A stretch of 19,898 nucleotides of DNA from Bdellovibrionota bacterium (GTDB lineage Bacteria; Bdellovibrionota_C; UBA2361; JBIKWN01): contig JBIKWN010000046.1 in NCBI GenBank assembly GCA_044356295.1, forward strand, positions 1-19,898. Direction: 5' to 3'. This document shows positions 1 to 8,026 of the stretch, piece by piece. Positions within the stretch are counted from its first letter, which is position 1, and each line of letters starts with the position of its first letter. The notes beneath the pieces were generated by a model, which made no database searches, was not told the origin of the DNA, and saw nothing but the letters and a program-made list of their open reading frames with translations. Position numbers and translations under genes: made by a program.

Positions 1-68
1 AACGCGATGGTCGCTAAGTACGCGAATAAAATAATTAATTACTTCGCGTACTTCGCGACCTTCGCGTT
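1..68. repeat. REP-like inverted repeat built from 9-bp CGCGAAG subunits
   Basis: Arm 1-26 AACGCGATGGTCGCTAAGTACGCGAA matches the reverse complement of 43-68 (AACGCGAAGGTCGCGAAGTACGCGAA) at 24/26; 16-nt A/T-rich loop; may extend left of the window. Confidence 0.85.
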
Positions 69-262
69 ACTCAATTTATATGGAAAAAATATTAAATCTT
101 TGTTTAGTCGTAAATTTTCAATCACTTAAAGTATATATGTAGGCTTCTTACCGGACAGTTATGAGAGTGATCTTCAATCGTTATAGCTGATCTATTTTCG
201 TTCCACTCTATCAGTAAATAATATATATTTCTGGCTAAATAATTAATTAAGAGATTAATACC

Positions 263-823
263 GTGAAAAAAAATTACCATCGTTTATCACTCCGGATATG
301 GGCATACAAAACTTCAAGCAGAAGCTGTTCTTAAAGGTGCGTCTGTGCTGTACATGGTGTTACCACAACACTCATTACCAGTGATGAAGCGATAAATGAT
401 ATGAGTGCTCTCAATGAAGCAGATGCAATAATGTTTGGATGCCCTACGTATATGGGTGGAGTATCAGCGCAGTTTAAAACATTTATAGATGCAGCAAGTA
501 AAGTTTGGTTTAAACAAGGATGGAAAAATAAACTTGCCGCTGGTTTTACAAATTCTGGCAGTCCTTCTGGAGATAAACGAGCAACACTTCAATCGCTTTT
601 TATAAACGCTATGCAGCATTCGATGATCTGGGTTGGGCTTGGAGCAATGAATGAAGCAAAAGGGGCAGGAGATACAGAAGCAATCAATAGAATTGGCTCC
701 TACGTAGGAGCCATGGCACAGTCTCCCCAAGGAGAGGCATCGCCGTTGGATGCAGATCTTCGAACTGCTGAAGTATTAGGGAAACGTGTTGCAGAAGCTG
801 CATTGGCATGGAATTTAAATTAG
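263..823 (+). pseudogene. Flavodoxin-family NAD(P)H:quinone oxidoreductase (WrbA-like), 5' part interrupted by two frameshifts (pseudogene or sequencing errors)
   Basis: ORF 401-823 has FGCPTYMGGVSAQFKTFIDA and KLAAGFTNSGSPSGDK. The FMN-binding N-terminus ITIVYHSGYGHTKLQAEAVLKGA lies in another frame (273-343), after GTG263 and an A8 run; the main frame resumes at about 347 (AVHGVTTTLI). Confidence 0.85.
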
Positions 824-832
824 GATTCTAAA

Positions 833-1297
833 ATGAAGAAAAAAAATATTTTTCCCTTAATCTTATTATTATCATCATCATGTATCTCTTCATCATACGC
901 TGAATCAGTTTCAATTGAAGATGCAGATCTAATAGCGCTCAATCAAAAAGCATCAGTAGCGATTAAATCCCAAAGGCAAGAAGATGCAGACTGGCTTGGT
1001 GATTGTTCTTTCATTGCTAGAAAAATGAAATTGAACTCTGAAAAAATCGAATACTTTTTTGTAACAACAAAGGATGCTTGTGGTTGGGGAGCTGCCGCTG
1101 GTCCAATATATGTAGTAAGTGGATCCGATGTCGCCACGAAAGTGATTCTTGCAACAAGTGGGTATACGATGGAAGTAGATTCAGCACACGTCAATCACGG
1201 TCTTCCAAATTTAACCGTTACATCAGAGACATCAGGTACAAACGCGGTAGAAACCTTTGAATATAATTCAAAAGAGTATACAGAAAAAGTTAAGTAA
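833..1297 (+). CDS. Secreted hypothetical protein
   Basis: 154-aa ORF with signal peptide (MKKKNIFPLILLLSS...SYA-ES); AGGA upstream; 9 bp after the flavodoxin gene. Confidence 0.75.
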   Translation: MKKKNIFPLILLLSSSCISSSYAESVSIEDADLIALNQKASVAIKSQRQEDADWLGDCSFIARKMKLNSEKIEYFFVTTKDACGWGAAAGPIYVVSGSDVATKVILATSGYTMEVDSAHVNHGLPNLTVTSETSGTNAVETFEYNSKEYTEKVK

Positions 1298-1334
1298 TTT
1301 TGTCGTTTTAGAAAGTCTTCTTGACGAATAAACT

Positions 1335-1766
1335 TTATTTATCGATCTTAAATCGCCCCTGAGCTAACTCTTCAGCTAAGATATTGTAAGCACGAAATGC
1401 TAGTAGTTTTGCCTGTGCTTGGTTTACTGTTCCGGAACTTGCTTCAAGAAATTCATTTCGAACTTCGGTAAAAGCAGGACGAACAGGATAACCGGCTAAA
1501 GGAAGAAGTTTTGAAAGTTCACCTTCAATTGAAGCAAGTGTGTCCGCAGAGGTGACCTCAGTTGTTCCAAGTATTGCTAACTTTTCGTTGAGCGCGCTCA
1601 CTGCTGCTGATACGTCTGGATCAAGCCCATCTTTTGAAGCTTGGGTAAAGCGATCTTTTGCTATGCTTTGAATCTCTGAAAGAGTTTTTGTTTCTCCGCG
1701 AAGACATCCTGAAAGAATGATTGAAAGAGAGATGAGAGAAGTAATAAAGAGGGAGCTATTTTTCAT
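1335..1766 (-). CDS. Hypothetical lipoprotein
   Basis: ATG at 1766 gives MKNSSLFITSLISLSIILSG-C (lipobox LSGC); the longer start at 1859 would overlap the SMR gene. Confidence 0.75.
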   Translation of the reverse strand: MKNSSLFITSLISLSIILSGCLRGETKTLSEIQSIAKDRFTQASKDGLDPDVSAAVSALNEKLAILGTTEVTSADTLASIEGELSKLLPLAGYPVRPAFTEVRNEFLEASSGTVNQAQAKLLAFRAYNILAEELAQGRFKIDK

Positions 1767-1830
1767 GGAATCAATTATCGAAAAAAAAGTTGAAATTTGA
1801 AACCCCCTCAAACTGATTCTTGGTAAAGAA

Positions 1831-2154
1831 TTAGTGAGTTGTTGAAAATTTAAGCCCAATCACCCCTATGATAATCAGTGCTATGAAGCCAACGTTTGTT
1901 AAATTCAGCTTTTCACCATAAAGATAGACGGCTCCAACGGAAACGCCTACAGCGCTTATGCCTACCCAAATTGCATATCCCGTCGCTGTAGGAAGTAGCT
2001 CAAATGCTTTAGATAAGACATAAATATTAAATAGTGCAATGACAAGATTTATACATGAAGGGATTACTTTGCTATATCCTTCAGTCATTCTGAGAGATAG
2101 TACCCAAGCTATTTCGCCAAATATTCCCGCGATAAGATATAACCATCCACTCAT
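1831..2154 (-). CDS. Small multidrug resistance (SMR/DMT, EmrE/SugE-like) transporter
   Basis: 107 aa with four hydrophobic helices, membrane Glu in WLYLIAGIFGEIAW, LPTATGYAIWVGI and GE-K motifs. Confidence 0.9.
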   Translation of the reverse strand: MSGWLYLIAGIFGEIAWVLSLRMTEGYSKVIPSCINLVIALFNIYVLSKAFELLPTATGYAIWVGISAVGVSVGAVYLYGEKLNLTNVGFIALIIIGVIGLKFSTTH

Positions 2155-2167
2155 AATTTTTACCTAC

Positions 2168-3655
2168 TTAAAAATCTAGAAGAAGCAGCTCACCTTGTGC
2201 ATTCACTGGAGGCTCATAAGGCAGCGTTAGTTCAAACGTAGTTCCTGAGCCGAGTGCACTCGCGATACTAACTATTCCACCATGTGCTTCAACGATTGAT
2301 TTTACTACAAATAATCCAAGACCAGTTCCTTCAATCTCGTCATGCCGCTTAAGCCTCGAAAATCTTTCAAATAGTTTTCTTGCTTCATGTTGTTCCATAC
2401 CTATTCCGGTATCTGCAATGCGGATAGTATATTCTTTTTCTTTTGCAATTATTTGAAGTGAGATTGTTCCTTTTTTTTCAGTAAATTTTACTGCATTGGA
2501 TAACAGGTTACTTATCACCCGAATCATACCGAGTCTGTCAATCAGAGCAGTAAAGCCTTGCGGAACGGTAAGATTCCACTCTAAAGATTTTGCTCGAAGC
2601 ATTGGTATTATATTTTGATAAATTTCTTCACATAACTCTTCAAAAAGTACTTTTTTTGGTCGGAGGGTAAAGGTACCTTCTTGAATACGCCTTACGCTGA
2701 GGAATTCATCAATGATGTTAACTGCACCTTGAGCAGAGGAAGAGATTCGCACACTGATCTCTTTTACTCGGTCAGTATTTTCTGGTTTTTGCGAGATAAG
2801 TTCTGCTGAAAGTAAAATAGCTCCTAAGGGACCCTTAAGGTCGTGTGTTGTTGTTGAAAGAATTTCTTTCTGCAGGCGCTCTCTCCGTTTAATTTCAGTA
2901 ATATCTCGAATCCATAAAGCTGAGAGTGTTTCATCTGATGTGCCCTCAGTCAGTCGAGATAATTCTAATTTTAAAGTAATTCCGATCTCTTTTTTGGTTT
3001 GCACTTCAGTAGTCCAGATTGCAACAGAACGAACACGTTCAATAATGTTTTCAATAAGATGAGAATCACTAACGCCATTTTCAAAAAAATCTTTTACATG
3101 AAACGTTGTGCCGCAAAGTCGTTCAGCAAAATCAGTAAACGCGGTATTGCAGTAGCTTATTGAACCATCTTGATGAATAAGCGCTACGCCATCAGTTCCG
3201 TTTTCGACAGCAAGTCGTAGAATTGTCATTTCTTTTTCAAGGCGTTTTCTTTCGCGTTGATAATTCATTGAAACAGCAACACGTTGTAATGCTAGAGCAA
3301 TAGTATCTTTAAAGTCGGGACCAAAATTTTTTACCAAATAATCCCGCGCACCAACTTTCATTGAAGCTATTGCAGTGGCAAGAGACGTTGATGAGGTAAG
3401 AACAACAAGTGGAATATCTCCGATTGCTCCAAGGACAGGTTCAACAATTTCCAACTCTTTACCATCAGGTAAATTTAAATCTGATATTACAAGGGAAAGT
3501 GACAGAGGATCGTTATTAGCTAAAAATGAAAGAGCTTCTTTTTTAGTACTTACTTGATGTACCGTTCGAACGAGCTCTTTGAGGGCACGGCTAATCAGCA
3601 ATGAATGCGCGGGCTCATCTTCAATAAGAAGCGCTGATTCAAATAAAAATTCCAT
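2168..3655 (-). CDS. Cytoplasmic hybrid sensor histidine kinase (REC-PAS-HisKA-HATPase_c)
   Basis: N-terminal receiver (LIEDE, ISDLNLP, LTS, YLVK), PAS-like segment, H-box THDLKGPL, NLLSNAVKF, DTGIG, LFERF, GTGLGL. Confidence 0.93.
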   Translation of the reverse strand: MEFLFESALLIEDEPAHSLLISRALKELVRTVHQVSTKKEALSFLANNDPLSLSLVISDLNLPDGKELEIVEPVLGAIGDIPLVVLTSSTSLATAIASMKVGARDYLVKNFGPDFKDTIALALQRVAVSMNYQRERKRLEKEMTILRLAVENGTDGVALIHQDGSISYCNTAFTDFAERLCGTTFHVKDFFENGVSDSHLIENIIERVRSVAIWTTEVQTKKEIGITLKLELSRLTEGTSDETLSALWIRDITEIKRRERLQKEILSTTTHDLKGPLGAILLSAELISQKPENTDRVKEISVRISSSAQGAVNIIDEFLSVRRIQEGTFTLRPKKVLFEELCEEIYQNIIPMLRAKSLEWNLTVPQGFTALIDRLGMIRVISNLLSNAVKFTEKKGTISLQIIAKEKEYTIRIADTGIGMEQHEARKLFERFSRLKRHDEIEGTGLGLFVVKSIVEAHGGIVSIASALGSGTTFELTLPYEPPVNAQGELLLLDF

Positions 3656-3753
3656 TCGGTTACCTACTACTAATTAAGACCTTCAAAGCATTTTGACGGG
3701 TTTTATGAGTTTGACCTAGTATGAATTTTCGATAAGACTTGCACTGAAATACT

Positions 3754-4275
3754 ATGATTAAACCTGACCATTGGATAACTAAATTCGGAGAGGGCGGGGG
3801 CGTTGAGCCTTTTGTTCGAGAGCATGTAAATCCTGCCAGTTATGATGTGACGCTTGGCAATCATTGGATCTGTCCAACTCGTGATCCAGAAGAATGGCAT
3901 GCAGATTCAATTGTCCTTTTTCCAGGCGAAGTGATCTTAGCAACGACACAAGAATATATACGTGTCCCTAGGGATGTCGTTTGTGATTTAAAACTCAAAA
4001 GCTCTATGGGGCGTCTTTGGCTCAATCACAGCCTATCTGGTTGGATTGATTGCAATTTTCAAGGTCAAGTGACTCTTGAACTTCAAAATCTTGGACCATA
4101 TCCAAGACGCTTGAATGCTGGAACTCGAGTTGCGCAGCTTGTATTTATGGCAATGGAAAGTCCACCTGAGATCGCATACGGTGAAAAAGGGAAGGGCAAC
4201 TATCAGGGTCAAACTGGTGCTACACGTGCTCGGAGTGATGAATTGTTCAAAAAAGTCACTAGTTTGAAAGAGTAA
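3754..4275 (+). CDS. dcd: dCTP deaminase
   Basis: NPASYDVTL, LKSSMGR, IDCNFQGQVTLEL, RVAQLVF, YQGQ motifs. Confidence 0.93.
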   Translation: MIKPDHWITKFGEGGGVEPFVREHVNPASYDVTLGNHWICPTRDPEEWHADSIVLFPGEVILATTQEYIRVPRDVVCDLKLKSSMGRLWLNHSLSGWIDCNFQGQVTLELQNLGPYPRRLNAGTRVAQLVFMAMESPPEIAYGEKGKGNYQGQTGATRARSDELFKKVTSLKE

Positions 4276-4292
4276 ATCAAACCTGTTAAAAT
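4264..4292 (+). promoter_or_regulatory. Sigma-70-type promoter for rpsT
   Basis: TTGAAA(4264-4269)-N17-TAAAAT(4287-4292) with extended -10 TG; 9 nt before the ATG. Confidence 0.55.
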
Positions 4293-4301
4293 CCGACTCC
4301 T

Positions 4302-4562
4302 ATGGCAAATCATAAATCAGCTAAAAAAAGACATCGTCAAAGTCTAAAAAAGAACGCTCGTAACAGAACCGCTAAATCAGCAGTGAGAAGCACAATTAAA
4401 AAGGCTCGTGTTGCTACAAGTAGCAAAGATGCAACTGCAAAAGAGCTTGCTCGTAAAGCTGAATCAGCATTAGCGAAAGCTGCTGCTAAAGGCATTATCA
4501 ATAAAAAAACTGCGAGACGACAGATCTCTCGCATTACTTCTGCTGCCGCAAAAGCTAAGTAA
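4302..4562 (+). CDS. rpsT: 30S ribosomal protein S20
   Basis: MANHKSAKKRHRQSLKKNARNR...KGIINKKTARRQISR is the S20 signature. Confidence 0.98.
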   Translation: MANHKSAKKRHRQSLKKNARNRTAKSAVRSTIKKARVATSSKDATAKELARKAESALAKAAAKGIINKKTARRQISRITSAAAKAK

Positions 4563-4582
4563 TAGATCTTTTCCGATTTAGA

Positions 4583-4609
4583 CAGAAGTTAAATATTTTT
4601 TAACTTCTG
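4583..4609. terminator. Hairpin between convergent rpsT and kinase genes (possible bidirectional terminator)
   Basis: CAGAAGTTAAA-TATTT-TTTAACTTCTG, perfect 11-bp AT-rich stem overlapping the kinase stop codon. Confidence 0.45.
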
Positions 4610-6841
4610 AATAGCTAACGAGAGCTCCTCGATACCATATGGTTTAGCGAGGAGCTCTGTTCTTTTTGGAAGTGAACTCTTCTCAAGTATTGAACCTGTG
4701 GCAATGAGTCCAGGGATTCCGAGTCGTTGGATTAATCGCTCAGCAACAACAGTTCCTTGAATCCCAGGTAAAATAAGATCGGTAATAAAAAAATCTGCAG
4801 TAAGGTCTTCTGCATTCAAAACATCTTCACCTGAAATAAAGCTTTGAGTCGCAATACCGAGTTGCTTTAAGAGCAGCTCTAAAATCCTACGTACTGCATC
4901 ATCGTCTTCAATTATCAGTGCTTTCCGAAGATCCGATGAAAGATTTGGTTCATTCTTCGAATTTGACCCTATAAGAGTAGTATCAGGCGTAACAACTCCT
5001 TTGAGATCAAGTGGAAAGTATAATGAGACAGTTGTTCCTTTCTTAGGGGTACTTTCGACTGTAAGGAATCCATCATGAGCTCTCATAACAGCAAAGACGA
5101 CAGAGAGTCCTAGTCCAGTATGTCCTGATTTTGAAGAATAGAGTGGATCGAAAATTTTACTAAAAATCTCAGTTGAGATTCCTTCACCGTGGTCTCTAAT
5201 CCGAATCCTTGCATACTTTCCAGCACGTGCTCCGGGTTGCATGAAAGCAAGTTCAGAAGAGATCTCTTCTTGATCTACTTCGAGTTCAATTTGTTGACTA
5301 TCACTTTCGCTTGGATAGGATTCTTTAGCATTTAATAACAGATGAGAAATCGCTGGTAATACAGTGCGCTCATCAATAGTGACAGGAAGTGCATCGGTAT
5401 GGTGGGTACATTCAATGCAACATGAATCACCAACTGTTTGTTTAAAAAACTCGAGTCGATTTTTGATGAGATCAACTAAATCTAAATCTGTTAGTTTTGC
5501 TTTATGTTCGCCTGCGTAATCAAGGAGCTGTTTAATAGTTTCACCAGCATTACCTGCAACAGTTCGAATCTCTTCCATTGCAGTTTTATTGTCATTGGTG
5601 AGCCCTGTAATACTTTGAATGACAGTTAGTGCATCAGCTACCGAGTGAGCGATACCATGCGACATAACTCCTAGCATCTCAATTTTTTTAGCTCGTAAGA
5701 GTTCAGTTTCAACCGTTCGTTTATGAGTAATATCAGTGATTGTTGCGAGCCATCCTGAAGATGAATCAGAGCTACCTTTCGTATATGACATCTCAATCTC
5801 AATAAATTGAGAGCAACTTCCATCATCATGGGTGAGGCGAACCTCATCTTGGGCATTTCCTCTGACTCTACTTGCGACAAGAAGTCGAGCAAATCCCTCT
5901 CTTAGTACGATTGGCATCAATGATTGTTGAACCCTAGTACCAATCAGCGAGGCAGAAGTAACACCAAGAATTTCCTCAGCACCGGTTGTACAAAAAAGGA
6001 TAGACTCATCAGAACTAAATCCAATACTGTTCTTAGGCTTATCAGTAAAAAGATTAGAATCCCCGTCAGGGCGTTGTCCGCTAATGCTTCGAGAACTTGC
6101 AACAAAGCTTCCCTTTGCAAAATCGCTATTAATGATATTTTTTAGATCAATACCATACTCTGAAATCAATGTTCGAGTAATCATCATTCCAATAAGTGTC
6201 GGAAGAATAAACAGGCAGCTCGCACCAATAAAAAACCAGTAGCTATTAGAGTTATCCAAGAAAGAAGAAAGACGAAATCCTGTTCCTTGAGAGAAAAAGA
6301 CAACTCCAAAGAGTATGGCTACAATTAAAAATAATATCTCAGGAATAAAAATTGAAAAGGGAATTCGGTATTGTTTCCCAAACATTATTTCTGAAGTCAC
6401 TCCTGATAAAAGAAGGATTCTTGAAAGTCCTAGTAAGAAAACATGGAAACAGAATGTAATAGCTAAATTTCCGAAAGAAACAGAATTAAAAAGTAAGCAA
6501 GGAATAGTTGAAAGCCACCATATCGGTATCATGTAAAGGACTGATTGCAACGACTGAAGTTTTCTTTGGGCGAATCCAAATGCAGAAAAAAATAGAATTG
6601 CCTGTGTCACTTGAAACAAATCGTGTGAGTGACTAAAGAGAAGGGGTACTTCAGCTATGCAAACAGCGATAAAGCTTGCGAGTCCACCCATTGATGATGC
6701 AAGTATGAAAAGAAGAATGTCGCCAATTGGATAGAGTGACGAGTAACCACTTTGAAGTGTTACTGATGTCATCAAGAGTGCACCCAGACCAAAAATGGCA
6801 CCACGGATAGATGAATGTATAACAGATTCTTGATTCTGCAT
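4589..6841 (-). CDS. Membrane-bound hybrid sensor kinase (multi-TM, PAS, HisKA, HATPase_c, REC; CckA-like architecture)
   Basis: About 225-aa hydrophobic N-terminus, PAS end ITDITHKR, atypical H-box GIAHSVADAL, LLNAKES, RDHGEG, IFDP, GTG-like HTGLGLS, C-terminal receiver IEDD/ITDLILPG/AKPY. Confidence 0.9.
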   Translation of the reverse strand: MQNQESVIHSSIRGAIFGLGALLMTSVTLQSGYSSLYPIGDILLFILASSMGGLASFIAVCIAEVPLLFSHSHDLFQVTQAILFFSAFGFAQRKLQSLQSVLYMIPIWWLSTIPCLLFNSVSFGNLAITFCFHVFLLGLSRILLLSGVTSEIMFGKQYRIPFSIFIPEILFLIVAILFGVVFFSQGTGFRLSSFLDNSNSYWFFIGASCLFILPTLIGMMITRTLISEYGIDLKNIINSDFAKGSFVASSRSISGQRPDGDSNLFTDKPKNSIGFSSDESILFCTTGAEEILGVTSASLIGTRVQQSLMPIVLREGFARLLVASRVRGNAQDEVRLTHDDGSCSQFIEIEMSYTKGSSDSSSGWLATITDITHKRTVETELLRAKKIEMLGVMSHGIAHSVADALTVIQSITGLTNDNKTAMEEIRTVAGNAGETIKQLLDYAGEHKAKLTDLDLVDLIKNRLEFFKQTVGDSCCIECTHHTDALPVTIDERTVLPAISHLLLNAKESYPSESDSQQIELEVDQEEISSELAFMQPGARAGKYARIRIRDHGEGISTEIFSKIFDPLYSSKSGHTGLGLSVVFAVMRAHDGFLTVESTPKKGTTVSLYFPLDLKGVVTPDTTLIGSNSKNEPNLSSDLRKALIIEDDDAVRRILELLLKQLGIATQSFISGEDVLNAEDLTADFFITDLILPGIQGTVVAERLIQRLGIPGLIATGSILEKSSLPKRTELLAKPYGIEELSLAIQKLKNI

Positions 6842-7066
6842 TAGGTTGCTTTCTTAATATGACTAGTACTTCATATCGGATTTATAAGATTATTCCGATA
6901 GTTAAAAGTGAATAATGCCTATTATTGTCCATAATTAAACAGCATTTTAGTTATAACTATTTGTTTCCTCGTACCTAATATATGCATCAAAGGACAAATG
7001 CTTAATTTTTAGATATGCAGATGCCGATATAAACAGGTACACTGCATTATTGTAGGTTAAATTATT

Positions 7067-7810
7067 ATGAGTGAGATCATGAATAAAAAGGTTTTGAAAT
7101 CTTCTGTGCTTTCTTTGGTTCTATCAACTGTGGTTGTATCTTGTGTTTCTGCCCAAGAATTCTACCCCCAAGATACCGGACTAGCAGATTACCATCGAGG
7201 TCCTGATTATCGACAAAGTGAATCTCATCCACTTCGAATTGTAGGTTATGCATTGCATCCTGTCGGTTGGGTTTTCCGTGAAGTAATCTTCCGTCCTTTT
7301 AGTTGGTTGGCAAGCTCTACAGAGGAAACACGAAGTGTCATGGGTTACCGTGATCCAAGAGACTTCCGTGGATCAGAATGTTTTCCAACAAATGATGAAG
7401 CACCAGATTGTCACAGTATTCCCCCGTTTAATTACGGTAGTCAGCCTGACAGACATGCAGCGACACATAAGTCACGCGAAGTATTTTTCCCAGAAGTAAA
7501 TTTTGAATTTAATAAAAGTTCACTCAATGATCTTGGAAGAGGTCGTATCCATCAATTAGCTGCTCTCTTGCAAGCAAATGAAGGGGCTCGAATTGTTCTT
7601 GAAGGTCATGCAGATGTGAAGGGTGGGGATGATTATAATCAAAAGCTTGGACTATCCCGTGCTGAAACGGTTAAGCAAGAACTTGCTCTCCTTGGTGTTT
7701 CTGGAGACAGAATGTCTACCGTTACATTTGGAAAAGCTAAGCCAGAACTTGCTGGTGATGAAGATTGGGCTCGTGCGGTTAACCGCAGAGTTGAGGTTCG
7801 AGTTAATTAA
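7067..7810 (+). CDS. OmpA-family peptidoglycan-binding periplasmic protein
   Basis: Signal peptide plus C-terminal OmpA_C domain (VNFEFNKSSL, LEGHAD..G..DYNQKLGLSRAETVK, NRRVE); start may be ATG7079. Confidence 0.9.
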   Translation: MSEIMNKKVLKSSVLSLVLSTVVVSCVSAQEFYPQDTGLADYHRGPDYRQSESHPLRIVGYALHPVGWVFREVIFRPFSWLASSTEETRSVMGYRDPRDFRGSECFPTNDEAPDCHSIPPFNYGSQPDRHAATHKSREVFFPEVNFEFNKSSLNDLGRGRIHQLAALLQANEGARIVLEGHADVKGGDDYNQKLGLSRAETVKQELALLGVSGDRMSTVTFGKAKPELAGDEDWARAVNRRVEVRVN

Positions 7811-7852
7811 TAGTTTTCTGTTATTAGATTCACCGCGGCTTATCTAGTCTGT

Positions 7853-7991
7853 TTTTTACCGCAAGGGGTACGCAGAGGATTTTCACCCGTGACCTGTTCT
7901 CTTTCGTTCACGCCTACGCTCACGGTCAAGGGGATTATGTGCTTAACTTAATGATATTGCTGCGTACCCCTGCGTACCTCTGCGGTAAAAA
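7853..7991. repeat. Composite palindromic REP/MITE-like element between convergent genes
   Basis: Terminal IR TTTTTACCGCA (7853-7863 / 7981-7991); AGGGGTACGCAG (7864-7875) pairs with CTGCGTACCCCT (7960-7971); 10-bp subunit TGCGTACC(C/T)C; inner stem CCCGTGACC / GGTCAAGGG. Confidence 0.8.
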
Positions 7992-8026
7992 GCTCTCTTA
8001 AAACTTTCAATGAAATAACTTAAAAA

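Noticed and set aside
1767..1859. N-terminal extension of the lipoprotein ORF
   Set aside because: Overlaps the SMR gene and buries the signal peptide; ATG1766 fits better.
2155..2167. Guanidine riboswitch upstream of the SMR gene
   Set aside because: Only 13 intergenic bases, and no paired ACGR hairpins were seen.
3693..3722. TTGACG-N18-TAGTAT promoter before dcd
   Set aside because: Plausible but one of several overlapping weak candidates; not distinctive enough to call.
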